A stretch of DNA of 64,000 nucleotides, from positions 7,192,001-7,256,000 of the forward strand of contig NW_024704764.1 in the NCBI RefSeq assembly GCF_018977255.1, written 5' to 3'. A model generated the notes under the pieces. It was given only the letters and a program-made list of their open reading frames with translations, was not told where the DNA came from and searched no databases. Shown here piece by piece: positions 1-11,399 of this stretch. Position 1 is the stretch's first letter, and the number at the start of each line of letters is the position of its first letter. Made by a program: the position numbers and the translations under genes. Origin of the DNA: Callorhinchus milii. Its lineage: Eukaryota.

Positions 1-299
1 GAATAGTGTAGAATAGAAGGTGTAGGGGCTTGTGTGGAGTACAAAACAGATCAAAAGGTCTATTTCCTGCCTTGGGACGTCCTCCCGCAGTGAAAGGTGC
101 TTTACAAATGTAATTTTATATTGTATCAGCAAATGTGTACCTACATTACCCCACAGGACGATGGGCGACACAGAGGGATGTTTTGAGGCAGAAATCATCT
201 TTTGACACTGAATAATGCTGCATGAGATTAGATATAATTTGACACAACTATCTAAAGCTTTTGATTGTGAAGAGTAACAGATTGCCTGTGTTATTTCAG

Positions 300-356
300 A
301 CTCTACGAGAGATTGTTATTGGTGTCCTTCGGCAGTTAAACAGCCAGCTGTACTGA
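300..356 (+). CDS. MLX: MLX (Max-like protein X), last coding exon; gene begins upstream of the window
   Basis: ttatttcag|ACT CTA CGA... translates TLREIVIGVLRQLNSQLY*, matching the MLX C-terminus (human TLREIVIGVLHQLKNQLY); adjacent to PSMC3IP as in human. Confidence 0.93.
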   Translation, partial: TLREIVIGVLRQLNSQLY

Positions 357-2125
357 GGAGCTGATTTATATTACAGTCCCCGATATTCCATCTCCATATG
401 TTATTGTTTCGTTTTGAAGAAATTGGTTTGTTTTATTATTGTAATTGAAGATGTGGATTATTTTATTGTGCGATCTTTGTAAGTATAAATTATAACAAAT
501 GCTAGATCTTGCCCCTATCCAGCTGGGCTGAATCACCAAATCCTACACAGGATTTTACAAGCCCAGTTGTGTGTCTTTCAGGACAGATTAGTAGTTTCTA
601 CAAAATATGTGAATGTATAACTAGAGGGAGTACTCTGAACAGAAATCACTTTTTGACTTTCAAATATTCGATTTTTATTTATGGGGAATGAATTCCTTTT
701 GCTTTAAGATGAGTTTCTTTCAAACGCAGGGCAAAAAAAAACAACTCCTGTCGTTTGGGATTTTTTCGAATTGTAATCGATCACTGACCCGTCCACTCAA
801 GAAAAATAAGTTTGTAGATTTTCACCACACTCGCTGGTGAACCTCAGCTTGACTAATGGATCCGTTCAATAACAGGAAAGTTGCATTTGGCTCCGACCCC
901 ATTCGTTTGTCAGCGAAACGGATGTAACCTCAGTAATCTAATGGAAATAATAGCACTTGTATATATGGCTGCTCATGTCAATTTTTGTTCATTGAGAGTA
1001 GATTTACCTGTATGTTTTCTTTTTTCCCTGATCTCCATCAGCAGCAAGTCCAAAGTCTGACCCAGCCTTTAGGAGGTTTGGTGATAACGTGACTCACCCA
1101 GCCTAGCTCCCACTGTGATTCATTTAAGCTCCCAGCATTAAGCTAACATAGCTGCAAAACTAAATGAACAACAAAATGAATTTCAGGTCCTCTCAGCTTA
1201 TAAACCTCACTGGTTTATTATCAACGTACGACTGTGACTCATTTTTAGTCATTCCTGCTTTCACTTGTTTTGTGTCTAGACTATTTTTATGTGTTTTTTG
1301 AATTTACAAAATTGTGCATTGACATTCAAATCAGTTCTTTATGTAACGCTTTCAGTGGCTGTGAAGCTGTTACTTACAATCTTGCACTATGTCTGAGGTG
1401 TTGGATGTGGTGCTAAGCAGCAATTCTGCAGATTGTTTTACTTTTTAAGGACAGTGTATTTAGGAAACCAAATACCAACCATTTAAGCGATGTAAGAGGC
1501 CTGCTGTTTGTGTACGGATTGAAAACTGTGCTGCCCTCCACCGCCGGCAGACTTAACATTCTGCAACAGTCCCTTTCAAACTGAACATTATATCAATGCC
1601 CACTCCTGCAGACTGAACACTATCAAAATAACCTTCCCATACAGACTAGAAGCTGTATCTCAGTACCCGCCCCATGTCGACTGTACTCTGTACCCGCCCC
1701 ATGTCAATACGTACCCTTCCTATGCAAACAGTAGTGTTTCAATACCGTGGACACTATCTGTGCCCCATGCAGACTGAAAACTACATCAATACCTTTGTTC
1801 TCCTGTGCAGACTGAATCCTGCACCGACACCCCCTCCAGAAGGAACCCTATGTTCGAATCAAACCCAACCTCACTCCCATCCCCAGATAGGAAGCTGGGT
1901 CTGTGACCCCTCCCACACGCTGACTGGTTGCAGTCTATAAGTGTCTTACTCTGTGCAACTGCCCGCATTGTGGCTTGTCTGCAGGTGCTTACTTAGTACT
2001 TTGTTTGAAAGTAATCTTCAACTGAAACAAACCTATTTCCTGCTTGTTTTTGGTTAGGCTGTTCGTTATATAGAATTATTTTTGTATTGGATGTAATTAC
2101 AATAAAACATCAAATGTGATTTGGC
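357..2125 (+). other. MLX: MLX 3'UTR (probable), AATAAA at 2101-2106
   Basis: AT-rich sequence after the stop, canonical AATAAA followed by T/GT-rich sequence; end point approximate. Confidence 0.6.
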
Positions 2126-2760
2126 ATTTTTGAAAATCATTTAACGCAGGATTTCCTTTTGAGGCCGGAATATGCAACAAAACTCCTTCAAGAGGGAAAT
2201 GAAGTAGGTGGGGTTCGGAGGGGAAAGAGGAATTGCTATTTTCAGTCCTTTCTGATGTTGAACGCAAACATCACGTTTAGTTCATTTGCACTGACACACA
2301 GTAATAACCCTTACATTTGACATAGAACAACGGGAAGAAAACAGTGTTAGGTGTCAGCCTGGCTCAGTTGGTGCCAACTGACTCCGAATGTTTGGGATTT
2401 CAGTTTATAGGCTGACATGCCAATGCAATGCTGAGCCAGAACTACATTGTTCGAGACATTAAAACTGATATCCCTTCTGCCTGTTTTAACATTTTTTTTG
2501 GAGGTTATGAAAGCAAGATATTTCTATGCAACTGGATTTTTTTTTAAAAGCATCACTGATAATGTAAACGTGTTTCTAGAATGTGGAGCTACAGGACTGC
2601 AGTAGGAATTGGTGAAATAAATCAATCTATAAATGGGCTGTTCTTTGTGAGGATGAAGTGAAAATGTGAAGGCATCGTTAGACTGATATTTTGCTTCAAA
2701 TCCCACCTTTTCGGTCTCTTCAAATTCTTACCGCAAAATCGGGCTCATTTCCTCCAGGTT

Positions 2761-2817
2761 TCACGCATCTGGAACGGTAACTTTAGAATCTTCATCGGTT
2801 TCTATGCCAACCTCCTC
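2761..2817 (-). CDS. PSMC3IP: PSMC3IP coding exon 8 (stop)
   Basis: EEVGIETDEDSKVTVPDA*. Confidence 0.95.
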   Translation of the reverse strand, partial: EEVGIETDEDSKVTVPDA

Positions 2818-5800
2818 CTGCAATAGAATTAGTGACACTTCTCAACAGTTGAACATCCGGCATCTCAGAACATTGTGGTCCAATATTTCAGCAATGCCCA
2901 GGCTCTATCAATAAAACTTTGCTGGTTCTTAACTGCATCCAATTCTCTATCAGTGGGTGACGATTCAGCCTCTACTCTCTGGAATTCACTTACAAAATCT
3001 CTTCAATTTGCTTCCGGGGAAGGGGCAGTGGGTGGGTAGTGTGCGGAGAGGAGAGCGGCAGGCAGCATGGAGAGGAGCATGCAACAGCAGTGGTGCTTGG
3101 CTGCCGGAGGAATAGGCGGTTGGGAGGGCATTGTCAGCAGTGTCTCATTGCCTGGAAATCACACCTTGTGGCCATGTGAAAAATGAGCGACTCTTGTGTC
3201 CACACAGCATAGAAACTTCAAACTTGTTACCTACCCATAACATTTTCACTGCTTCCTCACAGTGAAAGCGACCACGGATTTTTACACTTACAAAGAATTG
3301 CTTCTTACTCTTGGGATATCCTTCCAGAATTGCATCAATTAAATCTGTGGCCTGAAAAAAAAATACACATGCACAGAATTACTTTGCTTCCCCCTGATTT
3401 CGCCTTCAAAATATAGTCAATTCACTTTACAGTGGTATATTCTGTGAAGAGCTTTGAGCCGCCTCGAAGACGTGATAAAAGCACTATGTCAAATGCAAGG
3501 ATTATTATTATGCATTAGGGTTATCGGATCAGAAATGTTGACATCTTCGCATCCGAAAAGGGACAAATTGACCTCTAAGATCCCTGGGCTAGACAGGAAA
3601 GGGCAGGATACAACAATTAACCCAAGCTCCTGATGGCTAAGCAGTAGCTGCAATGTGTAAGTGGACATCAGATGGGGGCAGGATGTTACGGCAAAAAGAA
3701 TGTAAATGGGACTGAATGGATTGTTCTTTGAAAGAGCAAATCCAGGCACAAAGGCTTTCTTCAAGGCTGTACATTTCTATGGTTCAATGCACTCAATTGT
3801 GCTCCTTCAGGTCAGATATCATTCACTTCAAAATCCTCCGTACCAACCGACTGACTCACCAGCCTCTTTCTTTTCCGCCATTCTTTCACATATTGCTTTC
3901 GTTCATCAAATACCTAATTGGAAAAGAAACAAAAAAATGAAATGTTGAATATACTTTTCTGAATTATCACGGACCTTGAACTTGATGAGGGAGGGAGCTG
4001 GAGGGAGGGAGAGGGATGGAGTTCCGAAGAGTGAAGGCCGAAAGCCTGCCTGTCGGGGGAGAGGGGACAGGGGCATGAAGCAAGCTGGCCTCCTTCTTCT
4101 ATTCTTTACTGATGGAATCTAGCCTTCTAACTTCAGCTCTGTAGCCTGTTTCCCCCTCTGCCAAACCATTAACATCAGATGGAGACAGCTGCAGAATAGA
4201 CTGCTAAGAGGAAAGAGGTGAAAAGTGTTGGATAGTCAATATGCTCTCCGATTGAAACAGTGGCTGCAAATTACTTTACCAAAGGAATTATTCTCACTAA
4301 TGGATTTACTGCTAAAGAATCACAAGACACTGTTATACTTCGGATTTACCTTCTCTTTCTCTTCAGGTGTCACAAGGCTAGATGAGGACTGGATTTTCCT
4401 CAGTCTCTCCTGGTATACCACACACTCCTTATTTAAGGCTTTAATTTCTGCTGTTAGCTCTTGTGTTGTCATTGAACTGTTCAGTTCTTTAAGTTCTGAT
4501 GAAGGTACAAAGTGGGTCAGTGACTATCAATAACAGACTTGGTCGTCCCTTACAAATCTGAAGCGCAGAGTACTGAACTGAAATACTATTGTTACATTTG
4601 CGTCAATTTGCTCTTCTTCTGGAGTGACCGTTAAGGAGTTAAAAGGCTGTGAGATGATTTTTTTAATGTAGAAGCTTATTTGAATGCTCTACCACAAACG
4701 AAAATACAGAGAAAGCATAGAGGGAAAGAACAGGGAATTGGTATTAGAGTCCTTAGCTCCAGTGGAGAAGTTAGCACCAGCCGAGGTGAAGGACTCCTCC
4801 TTGATCTTATTTCTGTATAATAGGTGAAAACAAAGATACCAGTAGTGCAGAGATGATGGGCTGAATGGCCTGCTTCTGTGATGATTTTTAAACATATTTC
4901 TATTTTTAATGTAACGGCAGACAGACTTGAAACATGAATTTATAAGTTATGCGTTTAAACAGCAACTTAGGCAATGCGAGGGCTGGATCGATCACTTCAT
5001 TCTCTAATCCCCAGCCTTCAGGAAAATGAGATGATAAAACACATCATTAAAATAGTCACAGAACCCGAGACCCAGTTCCCACCAACCTGTTTCCATTTGC
5101 CGAGAGTTCTGTTGGGCGGTCTCCACCTTCTTGCTGACCTCAGAGATTTCACTATCCAAGCTCTTCAGCTCCACTTCACTGACTGCAGGAAACTGATCCT
5201 AAGCACGAGAAAAAACAACTCAACCCTAGAGCCATTTTAAAGAACGATCCTTTCAGTCTTTTGTACCTGCCTTTCCCCACGCCCCTTAGTTTATCTGTGT
5301 AGCTACATCAAATGCGAGGATTAATCTTATCATCTTGTTCCCCTTTGAAAGCTAATGTGGATTTAAGAGTCAACCATCGCTCCCAGGAGGACATTCCACA
5401 TCCCAACCAAACTGCGGCCGAAATTTTTTCTCTCTAATCTCCCCATTTGCTAACAATTTTAAACTGATTCCCTCTCGTCACTGAGCTGCCGAAGTACTGG
5501 GAATTGTGACCGCCCCACCCGAGACAGTCGTTATTCAACTCTTACGAGAGTTTCCCAGAGAGGTCCTCACTCCCAACAAACAGTTAAAGAGCTTACTTGA
5601 TCAGCAAAGTAGATTTTCTGCTTTCCATAAACCTTCTCCTTTATTTTTCTCTGTTGAGTAAGATTTTCTAGTGCTTTCACCACAGCCTGGAACAAATGTG
5701 TCACTTTATTTCATGGGGATGAACAGATTACATTTAAAACTTTCCATCTCCCCTTTACACTCTTATCTATTGCCCCCCTACCCCTCCCCCAACCCCCCCA

Positions 5801-7060
5801 CCTTCTAAGACGCCCTCAGTTGTGCCCATTGAGACTTGAACTGAGGCTGATCCGCCCCCTATATGGATGCAATACATTTCATTATTCCAGCTGGATTCAA
5901 AGCCAGATTTCTGAGGTGAAAAAACAATGCCTAACTCATTCAAGTACTAGTTTTCTTTTAAATACACTAAATTTCATCACTCTGACATGCTATTCTGCAC
6001 CAAGGGCTCAAGTAGTTGTTGAAATTATTTTATTAATTTAGAATTTTATTGGAAGAGCCAATTATATCAGAGTAAGTTCAGTACAATACAATATTACATT
6101 TGTTTAGCGCCTTTCACATCAGGAGGACATCCCAAGATGCCAGTGCAGTACAAAATGCCCTACACTTTTGTCTCAAGGTCTTACCCAGAGGAAGATGGGA
6201 AATTAAACCATCCTTCACTCAGGAAGGTCTGAGATGTCATGTAAGTCTTTATTTTATCCAACGCAGATTTACACAATCTAACGTTAACAGCACAAAAATC
6301 AATCTTACCGTTTTCCCCAAGTTGTGTTCCCGCTGGAGGTTCCCAAAAACATCCTGTGCACTATACGGGCGGTTCTGATCATTCAAATACTTCAAAATGA
6401 GAGTTGGAGCTGTTAACACACAACAGATTTATTACAGAAGTCATTTACCCAGGTTCAAAATCAAGCAAACATTCACAAGATTCATTTCGTTTTTATGAAA
6501 CTCTTACAACAGAAACAATGCTCATCGCGTTTATAATAGTAATCTGTACAACACTGTATAGTTTATACTTATATACTGCCCGTCAGGTCAGAGGGACAAT
6601 TTTGTCTGAGCACCAGCGCTCAGGGGCGTGCGGAGGGGAAAGATAACTGAAAGCGCAGTCAAAGAGAGTGTTTTGAGGCAGAGGGAGAGAGAGCAAGTCC
6701 GAGGGACCTGGGAATGGAGTTCCAGAGGGTCTCAAAGCGACTTATAAAATGCAATGTAAAGTGACTGTGTTATTTGTGCCGAACACAGCCACCAATTTGC
6801 ACACAGCAAAAGCCAACAAGAAAGCCACGGATACACTGCAAAATTGGGTATATATTTTGTGGGCAAACACAGGAGTGAGCAAGCAGTTTTATTTGGGGGA
6901 GGTTGTTGGCCAGGACCCCAGGAGGAATTCCCTTCTCTTTTCCAAGAAGGATCTCTTTCCTTTCCTTTACCTGCGGCACAGGTAACCTTTACGATTCATT
7001 GACGAAACATTTCAACATTTTGTTGCTGGAATTCTCACCGGCGTCTTTAGATTTGCTCAT
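2761..7060 (-). CDS. PSMC3IP: PSMC3IP / HOP2 homologous-pairing protein, 213 aa, join of 8 exons
   Basis: Exons 7060-7039, 6409-6309, 5686-5597, 5198-5087, 4495-4350, 3913-3860, 3351-3292, 2817-2761, all GT-AG, total 642 nt. Contains HOP2 motifs YLNDQNRPYSAQDVFGNLQ, KVYGKQKIYFADQ, KEWRKRKR, ILEGYPKSKKQFFEEVGIETDED. Confidence 0.96.
3292..3351 (-). CDS. PSMC3IP: PSMC3IP coding exon 7
   Basis: ATDLIDAILEGYPKSKKQFF. Confidence 0.95.
3860..3913 (-). CDS. PSMC3IP: PSMC3IP coding exon 6
   Basis: VFDERKQYVKEWRKRKRL. Confidence 0.95.
4350..4495 (-). CDS. PSMC3IP: PSMC3IP coding exon 5
   Basis: (E)LKELNSSMTTQELTAEIKALNKEC...VTPEEKEK. Confidence 0.95.
5087..5198 (-). CDS. PSMC3IP: PSMC3IP coding exon 4
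   Basis: DQFPAVSEVELKSLDSEISEVSKKVETAQQNSRQMET, coiled coil. Confidence 0.93.
5597..5686 (-). CDS. PSMC3IP: PSMC3IP coding exon 3
   Basis: AVVKALENLTQQRKIKEKVYGKQKIYFADQ. Confidence 0.95.
6309..6409 (-). CDS. PSMC3IP: PSMC3IP coding exon 2
   Basis: (A)PTLILKYLNDQNRPYSAQDVFGNLQREHNLGKT, AG/GT flanks. Confidence 0.95.
7039..7060 (-). CDS. PSMC3IP: PSMC3IP coding exon 1
   Basis: ATG AGC AAA TCT AAA GAC GCC G|gtgaga (MSKSKDA); phase fits exon 2. Confidence 0.85.
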
Positions 7061-7191
7061 GGTCTTCGTTTGGACCCCACAACGAAATTCCCGGCACAAT
7101 CCTGTCAAATCCCCACGGGATCAGAGCCTGTGGCAAATCCTGGGAAAATCAACCCCAAAACAACAAGCATCAGCAGCACAGACAGAGCAGC

Positions 7192-8243
7192 NNNNNNNNN
7201 NNNNNNNNNNNNNNNNNNNNNNNNNNNNNNNNNNNNNNNNNNNNNNNNNNNNNNNNNNNNNNNNNNNNNNNNNNNNNNNNNNNNNNNNNNNNNNNNNNNN
7301 NNNNNNNNNNNNNNNNNNNNNNNNNNNNNNNNNNNNNNNNNNNNNNNNNNNNNNNNNNNNNNNNNNNNNNNNNNNNNNNNNNNNNNNNNNNNNNNNNNNN
7401 NNNNNNNNNNNNNNNNNNNNNNNNNNNNNNNNNNNNNNNNNNNNNNNNNNNNNNNNNNNNNNNNNNNNNNNNNNNNNNNNNNNNNNNNNNNNNNNNNNNN
7501 NNNNACACCCCCCCCACACACACACNNNNNNNNNNNNNNNNNNNNNNNNNNNNNNNNNNNNNNNNNNNNNNNNNNNNNNNNNNNNNNNNNNNNNNNNNNN
7601 NNNNNNNNNNNNNNNNNNNNNNNNNNNNNNNNNNNNNNNNNNNNNNNNNNNNNNNNNNNNNNNNNNNNNNNNNNNNNNNNNNNNNNNNNNNNNNNNNNNN
7701 NNNNNNNNNNNNNNNNNNNNNNNNNNNNNNNNNNNNNNNNNNNNNNNNNNNNNNNNNNNNNNNNNNNNNNNNNNNNNNNNNNNNNNNNNNNNNNNNNNNN
7801 NNNNNNNNNNNNNNNNNNNNNNNNNNNNNNNNNNNNNNNNNNNNNNNNNNNNNNNNNNNNNNNNNNNNNNNNNNNNNNNNNNNNNNNNNNNNNNNNNNNN
7901 NNNNNNNNNNNNNNNNNNNNNNNNNNNNNNNNNNNNNNNNNNNNNNNNNNNNNNNNNNNNNNNNNNNNNNNNNNNNNNNNNNNNNNNNNNNNNNNNNNNN
8001 NNNNNNNNNNNNNNNNNNNNNNNNNNNNNNNNNNNNNNNNNNNNNNNNNNNNNNNNNNNNNNNNNNNNNNNNNNNNNNNNNNNNNNNNNNNNNNNNNNNN
8101 NNNNNNNNNNNNNNNNNNNNNNNNNNNNNNNNNNNNNNNNNNNNNNNNNNNNNNNNNNNNNNNNNNNNNNNNNNNNNNNNNNNNNNNNNNNNNNNNNNNN
8201 NNNNNNNNNNNNNNNNNNNNNNNNNNNNNNNNNNNNNNNNNNN
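7192..8243. other. Assembly gaps (N runs 7192-7504 and 7526-8243)
   Basis: N characters in the sequence. Confidence 1.
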
Positions 8244-8595
8244 CACACACCCCCACACCCCCCACACACCCCGGGCCACCCCCCCCCGGGCCTGACCCCC
8301 CCCCCCCCCCCACCCCCCCCGGGGCCTGACCCCCCCCCCGGGCCTGACCCCCCGGGGCCTGACCCCCCCCCGGGCCTGACCCCCCCCCCGGGGCCTACCC
8401 CCCCCCCCGGGGCCTGACCCCCCCCCCCCCCCCCCCCCCGGGCCTGACCCCCCCCGGGGCCTGACCCCCCCCCCCGGGGCCTGACCCCCCCCCCGGGGCC
8501 TGACCCCCCGGGCCTGACCCCCCCCCGGGCCTGACCCCCCCCCCCGGGGCCTGACCCCCCGGGGCCTGACCCCCCCCCCGGGGCCTGACCCCCCC
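8244..8595. repeat. GC-rich minisatellite, unit about C6-C20-GGG(G)CCTGA
   Basis: More than 15 tandem copies of ggg(g)cctga separated by C-runs of variable length. Confidence 0.95.
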
Positions 8596-8800
8596 TCGGT
8601 CCTGTCACTCGGTACCGATCTCGGAGGCGCGAGATACGAACTCTTTTCAAACCGCCGCTTCGGGGAGCAGTGCTGTACGGCAACGCGCATGCGCAGGAAG
8701 GGCCTCCGTACAGCAACATGGTGGCGCACGGTGGGGGCGGGGTGGGCGTACCGTACGGCAATGCGCATGCGCTGCAATGGAACCTTTGACGCCTTGGGGT
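8596..8800 (-). promoter_or_regulatory. Probable PSMC3IP CpG promoter
   Basis: CpG-rich; two NRF1 palindromes GCGCATGCGC (8685-8694, 8763-8772); TTTGAA CHR-type element on the minus strand (8646-8651); E2F-like TCTCGCGCC near 8625-8633. Confidence 0.65.
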
Positions 8801-9781
8801 CGGTTTGCAGCTGATCACTGGGGGTGGGAGAGGCTATTGGCAAATGTTATTGATGGCAATTTAAATATTTTAATGATTCGGTGCTAAAGTTTGAGCGTTT
8901 TGACTCGGCCGCTGAGCGCTGTGATGAGTGGCTCAGGTGCAGCTCCGAATAATAATAATAATAATAATCCTTGCACTTGATACGGCGCCTAATCGCGTCA
9001 TTGAGACGTCTCGAAGCGCTTCACAGAGTATACTGCAACGTGTGGAGTGGACTGACTGTAAAGCTTTACAGGATTTTAAAATAGTTGTCACCTGTCATTT
9101 TCTCAAAAAAAAAACCCACTGGAAAAATAAAGGGCTATTGTTTCAGTTATTATGACTCTGGCGCCTTTGTGGGATCAGACTTTCTCCGGCCCCCTCACGT
9201 ACGCTGTCAGTCAGACCTCGATCCTTAAAATAGATTGTGTAACCAGTCATTTGAAAATCAGCAAGTTACAAAGTGTGCAATTCATCTTTTTAGAAAACGG
9301 TTTAATGAATGTTCGGTTCAAAAATAAACAAAGAAGGTGACCGTTTTCTACAAAAACATCCACATGGATCAGGTCAGCTCCGTTATTATAAACATTTCAC
9401 TCATCTGAAAACGAAAAATGTTTTGAAATGTATTTTAAATACACAAAAAGTGCTAGTTAAGATTCGCAATACATCAAACTGCACACAATTCTTACGCATT
9501 TTACACAAGACTTTACAATATTATTTCTCATCTACTATCACAACTCCAATACGGTATCTGGGATTTTAATATTCCACAACTCATGCTGCGTTAAGATTTA
9601 TTGCCCTCATGGTCTCAGGCAAGAGAAGCAGATGTCTGCTGTAAAACTAAAGCATTCTCTTGCCTTACAAGCAGCTCACCCAACCTTAAAAATATTTAAA
9701 AACAAAGAGCAATATTTACACTAAAACACAAAAGTTGCTAAATCTGGAGCAAGTTGATCAACATCAGGAAGGTGCATAAAA

Positions 9782-10137
9782 ATAATAATAGTCCTTACAT
9801 TTGACACAGCACCTTTCACGTCAGGACATCCCAAAGCGCTTCCTAGGAAAGTGCAACAGCCATGAAGTGAATGACCAATTTTATTTGGGGGATTGGTGGG
9901 AAGAACACTGGGAGAAACTCTTTCTCTTTTCACGTACTCAGGGGATCTTCAACATCCTTCTGGACAGGCAGACGGGACACCAGTTTAATGTTTCATCCGA
10001 AGAACGGCACCTCCAACAATGCAGCAGAACCACAGTATTGCTTCGGAGTAGTAGCTTAGGACTGTTCAAGTCCTGATGTGAACTTGAACCCAGAACTTCC
10101 TGCCTCCAGAGTGTGTTACAAACTGAGCCAGGCTGAT
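9782..10137 (-). mobile_element. Old tRNA-derived SINE with Deu-like domain (SacSINE1-like) and L2-type tail
   Basis: Minus strand reads cagcctggctcagtttg...gggttcaagttc (A/B boxes), then gaggtgccgttcttcggatgaaacattaaac (Deu-like), then tail gcgctttgggatgtcctgacgtgaaaggtgctg. Related fragments near 2350-2480, 21233-21355, 33348-33450, 47625-47790, 49440-49800, 54530-54620. Confidence 0.6.
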
Positions 10138-11182
10138 GTATCATTATCATGCCAAATGCTTATTGACCAGCTGTGCATTCTCATTGCTTATTTGAGCAAC
10201 AGTTAGATTCAGTCCTTAAAAAAATAGTCCAAAGGTCTGATAAACAAATCTGTCAACTCCACCTATTTAAAATATTTCCAGATTCACCATAAATAAAGGC
10301 TGCCAGAGGATGTGATTGTGGATTGAAATCTGGTCTAAAACGGATTGTGTTTCACTGCACCTACGTAGATTAAACTGGCTGCCATTTAAATCAAAGCCCC
10401 CTCCCCCCCTTTCCTGCGATGAAATAAATAGATGAAAGAATAACAGCAACATGCATTACAGCTTCAAACCCGACAGGAATTGCAATCTTCCAAGTCTTTA
10501 CCAATCCAACATTAAAGATATTTTACATTTATTTCACACAGAACAAAGTCATTAAGGCATAAGAGGATAATGAGGATCAATTGTCATTACAAGGGTTAAC
10601 ATTAAACAATTTAGGAAGAAAGACTTTCTTAGCAATCTGGACTTCAACTAGATCAAGCGCTTCTGGCTGTGGTATTGTAAAATTCTCAGATGTTCAGTTG
10701 CCAGACTGGTAAAACAAGGGAAGGTCAAATTTAAGTCCTATAATAAACGGCAAAGCTTTCTGATATTTCCCCCTGCGGACAGTTTTGACATGAATTCTGC
10801 AGCTGGGATGAGACAAAGTTAAAAACTACCAACAAATAGCTTCCATTTGTACAGCACTCATCACATCAAAATGTCCGAGGGCTTCATGGGTAATTGCTGT
10901 GTGATGACNTTTTTTTGTTGTCAGTAAATAAAATACGATAACAGAAGGTCACAGTGAAGTTGCTATGACTCAGTTTTGTCAAACTTTACAGATGGGTTTC
11001 ATCATTTATGAAAGGATGATTTAATAAGTTTGAGAAAATTTTCTTTAAAGGTTGTGCAGCAACAATGAACACTTTGTAGACACAGCCCCTCCACAAGGAC
11101 AAACTTGGGTCATTGCTGCTCCTCTCCACTGCTATCTATTACAAATCTAAATAACATTTAATTACACAAAAGTCAACACGGC

Positions 11183-11399
11183 ACTTCAGATGCTGGAAAT
11201 CTGAAATAAAAACAGAAGTCATTGGAAACACTCAGCAGCTCAGGCAGCATCTACGGAGAGAGGAATGTGAGTTAACGTTTCAAGTCGATTATCTTTCGTC
11301 AGAACTGCCACGGTCATCGATCTGAACCTTTAACTCACTTTCCTCTATCCATAGAAGCTGCCTGACCTGCTGAGTGTTCCCAGCGACTTCTGTTTTTAT
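11183..11399 (-). mobile_element. Penelope-like element terminal-repeat remnant forming an inverted repeat, with a minimal hammerhead motif
   Basis: Arms of about 84 bp at 11206-11289 and 11316-11399 are reverse complements with mismatches; minus strand reads AGTT-CTGACGA-AAG..CTT-GAAAC-GTT-AACT. Family assignment is from recalled similarity to chondrichthyan Penelope-type repeats. Confidence 0.7.

Noticed and set aside
1545-1830. Repeat-spacer pattern considered as CRISPR-like
   Set aside because: Eukaryotic 3'UTR, degenerate repeats, related spacers and no cas genes.
6903-8843. Long 400-565 aa Pro/Gly-rich ORFs
   Set aside because: Artefacts of N gaps and the stop-free GC minisatellite.
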